This document shows positions 50,761-62,414 of a DNA stretch of 63,840 nt, one piece after another (the stretch's first letter is position 1; every line of letters begins with the position of its first letter). The position numbers were made by a program, and so were the translations under genes. This DNA comes from Octopus bimaculoides. Its lineage: Eukaryota. The stretch spans positions 63,556,856 through 63,620,695 of the forward strand of contig NC_068992.1 of NCBI RefSeq assembly GCF_001194135.2. Reading direction: 5' to 3'. A model generated the notes under the pieces. It did not search any database and was not told where the DNA came from. It was given only the letters and a program-made list of their open reading frames with translations.

Positions 50761-51454
50761 TGTGTGTGCGCGTGCGTGTGTGTGTATTCTCTGGAATTCA
50801 ATTCCATGCTGAACATTCTAAGAAATTACTTACTCAGTAGAAATCCATTTTTCCAATCTGTTTCTAAAGTTCTTTCGACAACGCCATACATATATACGTC
50901 AAGTATCACGTGCGCCAGTTAAATGCTAATCGCTCTAATTTTTTGGCGGCAGGCGTTTGATTCCTTTCATAATCTAATTCACACTTACAGAAAGGAAATA
51001 TGTCTTTTACCCGTCATTTCCGTTACACATCGTTAAAAAAAAAAGCCTCCGTTACACACGGGTGAATATATAAACAGTTGTAAACTCGGTAATTCAACCC
51101 TTCGAATCTTTCAGTTGAGGATCGGTCTAGGGATCGCTATGTAGCTACATATTCGTTGCGTCGTTTCTAAAAACAACATTCTATCAGGAACTAAAGAGCA
51201 TGGCGAGTGCATGTGTGGGTGTTTAGCAATAGTAGATGCATTTGTGTGTGCGCGTGCGTGTATGTGTGTGTGTGTTTGGATTTGGGTTTGGGTTTAAATA
51301 TGGCGGATACATTTGTGTACGTGTTTAGATGTGTTGGCTGGGTGTGTAAATTTAAACATGCTGGAGTAGTTGTTTAATCGGTATTAACTTGCGGGCTATA
51401 TGTATGTGTGTATGCGAGTATATTTTTGTATATGTATGTATATCAATCTATCTA

Positions 51455-51510
<56 letters not shown>

Positions 51511-51545
51511 AGTGTGTGTGTGTGTATGTGTGTGTGTGTGTATGT

Positions 51546-51584
<39 letters not shown>

Positions 51585-51717
51585 GGCGTAGGAGTGGCTG
51601 TGTGGTAAATAGCTTGCTTACCAACCACATGGTTCCGGGTTCATTCCCACTGCGTGGCATCTTGGGCGTCTTGTAAGTAGATTTGGTAGATGGAAACGGA
51701 AAGAAGCCCGTCGTGTG

Positions 51718-51759
<42 letters not shown>

Positions 51760-51990
51760 CATATATATATGTGTGTGTGTGTGTGTATGTTTGTTTATCT
51801 GTGTTTGGCCCCCCCACCATCGCTTGACAACCGATGCTGGTGTGTTTACGTCCCGTAACTTAGCGGTTCGGCATTTGAGACCGAAAGAATAAGTACGCGA
51901 CTTACAAAGAATAAGTCCTGGGGTCGATTTGCTCGATTAAAGGCGGTGCTCCAGCATGGCCGCAATCAAATGACTGAAACAAGTAAAAGA
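51585..51990 (+). mobile_element. SINE family B, near full-length young copy (tRNA head, CORE-like region, central microsatellite, 3' tail)
   Basis: ggcgtaggagtggctgtgtggtaa...ggttccgggttcattcccactgcgtggcatcttgggc...gactgaaacaagtaaaaga. Confidence 0.93.
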
Positions 51991-52424
51991 TATATATGTG
52001 TACGTTTATGTTTACATATACATATATATACATATATATACATATATATGTATGTGTGTATGTGTCCCCGCACGCTTGTGTGTGTATGTGTGTTCTTGTG
52101 ACTACATGCATCGATAATAGATAAATGCATATATAAACTTGAATGTATTCAATATATATATATACACACACACACGGTAGTCCCTTGCCATATAGCAGTT
52201 CACCTATCGCTAAATTTTTGTCATTGTTTTTGTTCATATTAATTTGGTTCATGTTAATAATGTCGCAATATTTGCTGTTATTAGAAATGTTTTAGAAAAA
52301 AGCCTACATTTGGAGGATTAAAAGCACTAATATAACATTACAGAAAGAAGATAACATCGGGATAATTTTAGGGTGTGACAATATCATTGGGGCAAATTTG
52401 TTGAGAGGATAACAACATTGAGAC

Positions 52425-53561
52425 GACATCGATGTTGCAGTGCTTGGATCCCATCGGTGAAGGAGTTTTCATCCTGTTGCTCAAAAACGTCGACACAGAA
52501 ATGACGTCATCATCACTGTGATACTGGTTCCCAGTCAAGTGTTTTTGTTTTTTTTTCATTCTGTAGAACAGATTATAGTTAGATGGGGCCAAATCAGGAG
52601 AATACGGAGGGTGATCAACCAGTTCAAAGCCTCAGTCACATACTGCAATCATTGAAACCAAGGAGTTGTGTACTGGAGCATTATCCTCATGAGACTAGAC
52701 CCCTTTCGTCAGTTTTCCTGGGTGATTGGTCTTGATAGTCTTCCGTAACTACGTAACTACCTTAGCAAGTTGGCTAAAGTATTCTCCATAGATGGTGTGG
52801 ACCTTTTGAAAATAGTAAACACTTTGCTCTTTACATCTAAAAAAAACGGAAGTAATTGCTTTCGCTGTAGATGAAATGACCTTGGCCTCTTTCACACAGG
52901 TGAGGAGGAGTGTTTCCACTGCATGCATTGTCTCTTTGTCTCTGGCTCAAAGTGATGAATCAAACACTCATCCTGGCGTAAGAATCGTTGAACGAAACTA
53001 GATGCCTACCTGAAGAGCAATGTCAGGTTTTCTTGTGGTCAGCCTGGTCATCAGCATGAGCCTGGTACGCTTTTAACCAAGTGTCAGTAGACTTCATTGT
53101 GCAGAATATTCTCAACTCTTTCACAGGATATACTAAAGACATTGGCTATTTGATTTATAGTTAATCGCCTGTCATCCATCACTATGTGATGAACATGATC
53201 AATGTTTTCTTCAGTGGTAGTTGCAGGACGTCCAGATCTTAGGCATATTCAAGACTCTCACTTTCCCTCTTAAATTTAGCTGCCCACTTCTGCACAGTTG
53301 ATAAAACTGGAACGTCTCCCCTAATGTAGCAGCATGTCATTGGGGGCTAAACCCTTTTCCTGCAGCTACTTGATAACACCACGGTGACAAATTTTGTCTA
53401 TTTTGAACAGCCAGATGTCAGTTTACTGGAAAGAAATAATGTAGTTATTAATAAGACGCCTGGAGGCTGAAACATATAAAAGAATTAAAGAATTAAAAAA
53501 TTTTCACAGCTCTAGAATCATTCCTTCATAATCAGCCAATGAACTTTTCATCCTACCCTCG
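52425..53561 (-). mobile_element. Decayed DD34D mariner, 3' end truncated
   Basis: 5' TIR ta|cgagggtaggatgaaaagttcattggc. Minus translation includes RSGRPATTTEENIDHVHHIV, HHFEPETKRQ, HPPYSPDLAPSNY and KKHLTGNQYHSDDDVIS, with many lesions. Confidence 0.9.
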
Positions 53562-54275
53562 TAAGATAACTTTATAGTGAGGTGATGTCATTGGGACAAA
53601 TTTGTGAAGTAATAATAACACTGGGATAACATTGTGGAGTGAGGATAACATTGGAATAACTTTATCTTTCGGCCAAATTTATGGAGTAATAATAACAGTG
53701 ACACTATAATGGATCTAGGATAATGTTGGATAACCTTATAATGTGGGAATACCATTGGCACAGCTTTAGGAGAAACAACAGGATTTCGCTGGTATTTTAT
53801 TTATCAAACTCACAAGGGTAAAAGGTAAAGTACCACCTCTGTGCGATTAAAGCTTAGGTCACCGGAAAACGAGTTAATTAGCTCCCCATCTATTCTACTC
53901 CCGGCATCTTCCGAAGACGAGGTAAGGTGTATTCATAAAATAATAAATAAATATTGATTTTTTGTTTATTTGTTCGTTTGTTCCTTCATTTTATCACTTC
54001 TCTCATTTGATGCTGGATTTGAGGAAGAATTTCGTTATATGCGTAAAAAAATAAAGAAAGTTATTGAAATGTCTAAATTAGTAAGCGAAAATTTCCAACA
54101 TGAAATAAATATATCACAGCAGAACAAAGTTAGTTCAGTTGATATAAAATTAGGAACGCCAAGCTATAAACTATAAACCGAAAAGAAAAGCAAAACTTGG
54201 AGCAAAATTAAATTCTTTCAACATTTTTCTTTCTTTGAAATCTTATTTGCTTCTAACGAAAATATCAATTTTTCC

Positions 54276-54357
<82 letters not shown>

Positions 54358-54532
54358 TTATTGCATCTTTTAGTCATCGCTTAACACGATGGTATTTAAC
54401 GTTATTAAATATCTTATGATGTTAATTCCTTTTCAATAATATTTAAGAAGAAATTATCTATAAAGTATGATTCTTTAAATAGATAAAGCTTGACAGTAAA
54501 TTAGCTCCGATCAAAAAGGGAAACAAAAAACT

Positions 54533-54680
54533 AACTGGGGTGGCTGTGTGGTAAGAAGTTTCCTTCTCAGTCACTTGGTTCCAGATTCAGGGCAACTAGG
54601 ACAATATTTCTGTTATAGCCTCGAACAGACAAAAGCCTTGTGAGTGGATTTGATAGATTGAAACTGAAAGAAGCCCGTTG
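54533..54680 (+). mobile_element. SINE family B, 5' half, interrupted by a mariner
   Basis: gtggctgtgtggtaagaag...gaaactgaaagaagcccgttg stops exactly at the mariner's TA. Confidence 0.85.
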
Positions 54681-54682
54681 TA

Positions 54683-55924
54683 TTGGGCTGACAAGAAAGT
54701 AATTTCGATTTTTTAGTGTGATGTAAAAGTTATTTTTTTATACAAAGAATGAACTTTAATCAATTACATATTTTCCATTTTGTTCGATGACCTTTTGTCA
54801 TCTTTCTGGCAACTTCATAATTCCACGCTCATAGAACTTTTGGTCCTTATCAGCCAAAAACTGAAGCAAGTGCGATTTCAGGTCATCATCATTATTGAAA
54901 GTCTTACCATTCAAAGAATTTGGCAAATTTCGAAACAAATGGTAATCTGATGGTGCAAGGTCAGGGCTATATGGTGGATGTGACTTCACTTCCCAATCAA
55001 GCTCCAATAATATTTCACGAGTTAGCAAAGAGGTGTGTGGTCTAGCGTTGTCATGGTGGAATACGATTCCTTTACGATTTGCCAATTCTGGCCGTTTTTC
55101 TTTGATTGCTTCCTCCAGTTTCATTAGTTGTTGACAGTAAACATCTGAATTAGTCGTTTGATTCCTTGGAAGCAGCTCAAAATACACAACACCTTTGTAA
55201 TCTCACCAAATTGACAGCGTGACCTTTTTTTCATGCAATTCAGCTTTCGATGTGGTTTGAGCTGGTTCATTAGGCTTGGACCATGATCGTTTTCGATTGA
55301 TGCTATGGTAGACAATCCATTTTTCATCAGTGATGATTCGTTTCAAAAAACAATTGATTTCATTGCGTTTGAGATGCATATCGCAAATATTGATTCGTTG
55401 TGTTGAGTGTTAAGTGTATTTCTTTCAATTTATGTCAATTAATATCGAGCTTCTTAACAAGTCCAAGACATTATAAGTGATTTTCAAGTGTTGTATATGA
55501 TACATTTAACCTCTTTGTATTCTTTCGTAGTTATATGGCAATCAGATTCAGTTATGGCTTTGATTCGGTCATCATCAACTTCAGTAGGTCAACCAGAGCG
55601 CTGGTCATCTTTAAATGAAAAATTTCCAGAACGGAATTTTTAAAACCATTTCTGACATGTGCGTTTGTGAGCCTCAGCAGCTTTTTTCCTTTACGGAAAT
55701 AATAAAGCAAAATATGGCGAAAATGTTCGTTTTGCAACTCCATGTTAAAATTGACACTGAACTAACAGTTGTAAACAAAAGTACGCGCAATTTGCTTCTA
55801 AAGTAAGCTAAAAGTAACGGCTATCAAATGTCAAAAGGAAAAAATATCATAACATTGACAAAAGTCATTCAAAGAAATCGTAACTCTTTTTGCGAAAAAC
55901 TAAATTACTTTCTTACCAACCCAA
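54683..55924 (-). mobile_element. Near full-length DD34D mariner (mellifera-subfamily-like), frameshifted
   Basis: TIRs ta|ttgggctgacaagaaagtaattt and aaattactttcttaccaacccaa|ta. ORF pieces MELQNEHFRHILLYYFRKGK and HHDNARPH...HPPYSPDLAPSDY, with 34 residues between catalytic D2 and D3. Confidence 0.95.
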
Positions 55925-55937
55925 TATATACTGCATA

Positions 55938-55969
<32 letters not shown>

Positions 55970-56169
55970 NNNNNNNNNNNNNNNNNNNNNNNNNNNNNNN
56001 NNNNNNNNNNNNNNNNNNNNNNNNNNNNNNNNNNNNNNNNNNNNNNNNNNNNNNNNNNATATATACATACATACATACATACATACATACATACACACAT
56101 TTTTTCATATACATATATAAATATGTGTTTGGGTGTGGGTGTGTGCACGTTTCTATGTATGTTTCTATG

Positions 56170-56480
56170 TATGCTTATGTGTGTGTGTCTTTGTGCTTTC
56201 TTTGTCCCTCTTCCACCGCTTGATATCTGGCAATGGCTTGTTTACGTTTCCGTAAATGTAGCTGTTCGGCAACAGAGATCGATAGAATAAATACCAGGCT
56301 TTAAAAATGTAAGTACTAGGGTCGATTCGATTCATCCGAGTAAAACCGTTCAAGGCGGTGCTCCAATATGGCCACAACATGGCCGCAACATGGCCGTAAC
56401 ATGACTGAAACATGGCCACAACATGGCCGCGACATATGGCCACAACATGGCCACAATCCTAATGACTGAAACAAGTGACA
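56170..56480 (+). mobile_element. SINE family B, 3' half, with an 11-bp tandem expansion at 56368-56457
   Basis: gtttacgtttccgtaa...aaggcggtgctccaatatggcc, then (acatggccaca)n, then gactgaaacaagt. Confidence 0.85.
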
Positions 56481-58281
56481 AATAAATGATTAAGAGGCAT
56501 TGATTTCACCGAATTCTATCTTTATTTCCACTTCACGTTCCATTGCTCGTTAGTTCGTTCGTTGTCGGTCGGTCGGTCGGTCGGTCGGTCGGTCGGTCGG
56601 TTGTCTTTCAATCTTAGGGTTTTCTATGAGAAGTTGTTAGTTCTTTCGCTGCGCTCAAACCTTCTTCTTTATTAGAGAAAGACGTGAATGGGATGGTTCC
56701 TCATCTCATTATTTCTCGGTAGGCAGTTCATTAATATATAAGAAGGACATTCTATTTCGCTTTCCATCGACGGGAGCAATTCAACTCACAACAAGCCAAC
56801 ATATATCTGCCTACGTGCAAGAAATAGCAGCCAAATTTAAATAAAATCACAGTATGCCGTCTTCTCCAAAGGAAGTCTATATTGGATAAGTAAACCTAAA
56901 GATACTATGTCCAAAAATTAGAAAGGGGTGGTTACGGTTGGATCACTTTATTTGATGTGTGTTCTCAGTACACATATGATCTTTAATAAAAATAAAAAGC
57001 TACACACATAATCCTTCGATAATTAGTTAATGCGCATATAATCCTACTAAAAGCACTGAAATGCTTTCGTATTAACTTCATACTTAAAAAAAAAAGATTA
57101 AACACAACCACACACACACATTTATACGCACTCACACGCATGCACCCACACAAACACACACACATACATACATACATATATACTAGTCACACATGCACAG
57201 ACAAAACAAAGCAAAATTAAGCGGAGGTCAGCTAAATTTCTCTTCATTTAATAAAAAGCGATGATTGGTGGAGCCGTTAGAAATGTCGGCTGGGAATGTC
57301 TTGCGGTATTTGTTCCGGTTCAAATCGCATCGAAGGATTAAACTTGTTTTTAATCCTTCAGGAATCTGGCAAATAAGAGTATCATATAAGTACTGGAGAT
57401 GATTTTTCTTCTTCTTCTTCTTACCTTCTTCCTCTTCTTCCTCCTCTTTCTTGTCCTCCTTCGCCCCTACTCTCTTCTACTCTACCTCCTTTTTCTTTTC
57501 TTCTTCCTCTTTTCCCCCTTCTTCCTTTTTATTCTCCATTTGAAAGCCCAGAACAGAAGACTCCCCCAGACATTTTGAGAAAATATCCATCGCCACGCAG
57601 GGGAATTTACTTGGGCTTAGCAAACGTAAGAGTACGACAGCCCCTATCTGAAAGCTTTGGTTTTCTTCCGGAGTTTTATTTCGACGAGGATTTTCCCTCT
57701 TTCTTAAAGGTTGTCATTACTTTCGAGACAACTTATTCATACAACAAACGTTTCGGCTGCCATACGAGCACCAACATTTTGACCTCTTTGAAAGTCCCAT
57801 AGATCTGTCAATTTAATAAATTTTAATTACCTTTTTTCTGATGATGTCTGCAAAGAAACAGCAATTTTAGCAAAACATATTAAACAAGATTTTGACGATT
57901 TTATAGATATTTCAAAATTATGATGTTATGATGCTAGGTGTTTCCATTATTTTGTCCAACCCCTGTATATATGTATATATATATATATACACACACAGAA
58001 ATGTCTATATATATATATGTGTATGTGTGTGTGTGTGTGTGCTCGTGCGTGCGTGTGTGTATCCATATGTCTATGCATATCACTGTATCACTGTATCGAC
58101 CACACTATAGGATGTTGTTAGACACCACCGGTCATTGTGTTTTACCCTTCGCCACTCCATTGTACACAGTCGATTGGTTGATCACCAACTTAGTTGAAGA
58201 CTAAAGAAGTTGTGAAATATTTTAGAGAAATTGAATCCGTCGCTGCGACATCACTGATACATAAAACCATTGTTGTCGTTA

Positions 58282-58344
<63 letters not shown>

Positions 58345-58803
58345 CTGTTGTTGTTGTTATTGTTGTTGGTTTGTTGTTGTTATTGTTACTGAAGTATGTT
58401 GTGCGATTGTCAACAAACAACGGAATAAATTCATCTCTCGAGTGTCTTGGTTTTTAGTTGAAGTTGAAATAAAAATTACAGAAATTTGAAAAGAAATCTA
58501 GTAATATTAATAAAACCTGGTTTATGTTATTGTAACAAAAGGAAACAAAATGTAAGGTAATACATATACAATATCACATCACGTAAAATTTGTTTTTTTG
58601 TTATTAAAGTATATAACGTTATAGAAAATATACAAAATGTTACATATTAATGTATATGATATTATTTATATATATATATATGTATGTATATATGCGCACC
58701 ATAATTCTTGTGATGCAATCTGCTCCGTTTGTTTATAAATATACTCAGTCTTGCTGTAAAGATTGGGTTAACACTCAAGTTAACGAGAGAATATGATCAA
58801 GTG

Positions 58804-58854
<51 letters not shown>

Positions 58855-59631
58855 CAAACATACATATTTACATGTATTTCTGTGTTTTTGGTATGTATAT
58901 ATATGAAAGAGAAAAGGAAAAAATGATTCTATATGCGGGCGTATAAGAATGACAGAACTTAGGTAAAAAGAATGAGAACACATAACAGAGGAAAAAGTTA
59001 TCCTTCATCGGCTGTCCTGCTAAGGATTCTTGCGGTTTGGATACCTGTTGATCAAACCGCTGTACTAGTGGTTTCAATAGCCGTCAAGTTTGATCAATAG
59101 CCGTCGAATTGATTCTTAGGGCGTTATACCGTTGGATCGAATCACAAAAGACACACATATGCAATTAAATGTAAATGGTTGAGACAATATAAAATAGAAC
59201 ACAAAGGATAAGAAGAAATATATGGTTAAATACTTAGTCTATATGATAAAACAAAATATCAAATCAAAACAACGCTGTTCAGTTGTCTTAAAATTACTTT
59301 AGCCTCTTTCTCTCTAACTCTAATGTCTTTCTACTCTCTCCTCTCTTTTCCTGCTTGAAAATTCTCGCTCCGCTACGACCTGTCAGCTTGGTTTCTCACT
59401 GAAATTCGCCCCGAGAAACATCACTTCCTCACCTCTCCTTTCGTCTACTCAAGAACTATGTTCGTGGCTACATATAAATGTTATATAAACGCCTTTTCTC
59501 CCAGCATTGCATGTGTGCACTATTATCGTGTGTTGTTTTATTTAGTCATATTTCGGTCATAAAAGACTAAGATATATATATATGTGAGGTGCATATGCAT
59601 ATATGCACGTATACATGTCTGTATGTAACCT

Positions 59632-59670
<39 letters not shown>

Positions 59671-59729
59671 AAGTTTAGTTATAATAAAAATTTTACATTA
59701 TTCTGAAGGGTTACTCTCTACTTCCGCAA

Positions 59730-60480
59730 TTTAGTCTTAAACAAAAATATTGCTGACAGTGACTACGAAGTTTCGGCGAGTTCAGCCATCACTGGACTGC
59801 AATGCATTAGAATTAATCCTGACTTATATAGTCTTCCTTGCGTGTGTATGTTTGAGTGGGGGTAGTAATTAGGTTTTAGGGCGCGTTGTTATGGAGAAGT
59901 GTTTTGGAGAAATTTATATTGATTAGATTTGGGGATCTGTTATTGTCTAGGATTTATTCATGTGTGTGGAGCTTTGTAAGTAAGAGTGTGTTTATATGTG
60001 CGTCTCTTTGTTAGGTAGCCACAAGATGTGTCAGTAGTTTTAGTTACTTTCGATTTAATCTTTTGCTTTGACAGTGTAAACGTCAGAGGTACAAAGTCCA
60101 GTATTTAAAACCTTAGTAATTGAGTGTGTCTACTTTTGGGGGATGACATTTTTTAAAGGTTCACAAAAGAATGTAAATAGCTGGTCTGTTTCTTTACTTG
60201 TTGTTGTTGCCATTTAGGGTATTTCCTATCTGTATCCGGAAGATGATAGCCTATTTGTCAGATATGTCATGGTGTTGTTAGTATAGAAAATTTCTTCTCT
60301 TATGTTTTGATGTTCACATAAGGTTGTAGGTAGGTGTAAAGTTGACAAATCCAAAGAAGATTTTAACTCAACAGAGCCCATATAAAGCCAAGATTACCTT
60401 CAATGCATTGCAGTCCGACGATAGCTTAACTAGCAAAAAACTTCAAAGTGACTTTCAGCAATATTATTGTTTAAGAATAA
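59730..60480 (-). mobile_element. Penelope-like element remnant: decayed GIY-YIG-like region bounded by inverted ~80-bp hammerhead-bearing termini
   Basis: 59731-59810 is inverted with 60399-60478. Minus translation fragments DVYTVKA and TKLHTHE*ILDNNRSPNL resemble the PLE endonuclease C-terminus. Hammerhead-like motifs lie at 59756-59800 (-) and 60410-60454 (+). Confidence 0.65.
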
Positions 60481-60503
60481 TTCATATATACGTTTGTTTT
60501 TAT

Positions 60504-60766
60504 AAAACAATTGCAGCGTGAAAAGTGTTTATAAGCCATTTAAATGACACACAGAAACCGTTAGATCCACTTCAACATTTAAATCTAATTTTTCAAAATA
60601 TTTTCGTCCCTTTGAACTCATGCTGCACCGAATTTTGTCAGTGAAAAAGTCGCGGTTTCAAAGCGACGAAAATATTTTGACAAATCAAATTTAAATGTTG
60701 AAGTGAATCTAACGGATTTTGTGTTTTTAAATGGCTTATAAATACCTTCCACGCTGCAATTGTTTT
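60504..60766. repeat. Fold-back element with ~110-bp arms and a ~40-nt spacer
   Basis: 60504-60616 versus the reverse complement of 60657-60766 is about 88% identical by eye. Confidence 0.93.
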
Positions 60767-60864
60767 TGTTTCAGCACACGATCTCAGATCAAGTCATTTG
60801 CTATGCAACTACATCTCCGTAATTTGTTTTTATATTCAATTATAATCTAAACAATTTTACACTA

Positions 60865-60910
60865 ATCTTAGATGATGGCTTAACTGGCTGAAATTTTGAA
60901 GTCACTGTCA
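60865..60910 (+). ncRNA. Third, degenerate copy of the 59756/60410 hammerhead-like motif
   Basis: taGATGA-T-GGC-ttaact-GGCT-GAAA-ttttgaa-GTC-actgtc. Confidence 0.55.
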
Positions 60911-61168
60911 AGAACATTGTTGTTTTAGAATAAATGTGAGGGGGCGAAGTTGTTTGGGTATGTATTTCAGGAGTTTTAACCCTTTGCCTGTCAAAAGGCA
61001 TTTTCTAAATGTGTCCTCGGCCCCCTATGCCTGTTTTTCAAATTATTCCTCTGCCCGTTTCATAAGTTCCGAGTAATATAACGCTTTCCTTTCATAAGTC
61101 CTCAGTTACTCTGGCAACTAACAAACACTTAAGAATGTGTACCATATATGATGTATGGACACCAGAGT

Positions 61169-61519
61169 GGAGACGCAATGGCCCACTGGTTAGGGCAGCG
61201 GACTCGCGCTCGTAGGATCGCAGGTTTCGATTCCCAAACCGGGCGTTGTGAGTGTTTATTGAGCGAAAACACCAAAAGCTCCACGAGGCTCCGGCACGGG
61301 GTGGTGACGAACTCTGCTGTACTCTTTCTCTCACTCTTTCTTCTTGTTTCTGTTGTACCTGTATTTCAAAAAGCCAGCCTTGCCACATTCTGTGTTACGC
61401 TGAATCTCTCCGAGAACTACATTAAGTGTACACGTATCTGTGGAGTGCTCAGCCACTTGCACGTTAATTTCACGATCAGATCAGCTGGAACGCTCGTCGT
61501 CGCAACCGACGGAGTGCCA
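61169..61519 (+). mobile_element. SINE family C, full length, tRNA-derived head, probable ~20-bp TSD
   Basis: Head ggagacgcaatggcccactggttagggcagcggactcg...ggtttcgattccc. Flanks atgatgtatggacaccagag and atgagtatggacgccaaag. Confidence 0.9.
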
Positions 61520-62099
61520 TGAGTATGGACGCCAAAGAAGTATGTCCTACATATCGTATATGATACACAGGAGAGGCAAAGTGTTAAAAAACAAGACCCC
61601 CGACTAAATTAACAAAGATGCGGATATAGAATTTCAAGAAAAAACGTAAATGGTAATTTTGGAATCCACATTAGGAACGCTTTATTGCAATTCTATAAGT
61701 TTATGTAAACATCTCCTTCAAGCCTAAACGACACACTGTATATTTTTGCGTGTATTTTTTTACTTATTTAAAACAATTTCGAAGGTCAGCCGCCCTGAGC
61801 AGCTTTGGCACATTTTTACAATTATAACCCTCTGTGCTAGTGGTTGTGGGTACAAAGAGAAGACTGGGAGGAGTATCTTCTATGAATAGAATAAAAATCG
61901 CGAGTTGAGAGAAAAAAAACAATCACAAAGGAATTTTTCTTTTTAAACAAAGAAAAAACAAATATTAAAAAAGAAAACTGTTTAAAAATATCAAGTTAAA
62001 ACACAGAACAATATAGAAGAATAGAAATTTACCAGTTTATTTTTCTTTTAAGCGTTTAGGTCTGTCAGCCTGTCTCCCAATATATCTGTCTATAGATAG

Positions 62100-62133
<34 letters not shown>

Positions 62134-62350
62134 ATATGTATATATGTATATATGTGTGTATATNNNNNNNNNNNNNNNNNNNNNNNNNNNNNNNNNNNNN
62201 NNNNNNNNNNNNNNNNNNNNNNNNNNNNNNNNNNNNNNNNNNNNNATATATATATATATATATATATATATAGCTATATATATAGCTAGATAGGTAGATA
62301 GATACATACATACATACATACATACATACATAACTAGCTAGCTTACTAAC

Positions 62351-62414
<64 letters not shown>

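Noticed and set aside
56565-56600. (GTCG)n tetranucleotide run
   Set aside because: It is a rare CpG-rich but simple microsatellite with no further structure.
57745-57870. Further hammerhead-like fragments (minus gccgaaacgttt at ~57750; plus ctgatga...gaaac at ~57838)
   Set aside because: Each has only part of the core and no convincing stems.
58990-59060. Minus-strand CCGATGA next to a 10-bp hairpin
   Set aside because: There is no correctly placed GAAA or cleavage triplet.
61169-61245. tRNA gene (also 14475-14530 and the heads of families A and B)
   Set aside because: These have A/B boxes but no full cloverleaf, and they continue directly into SINE bodies.
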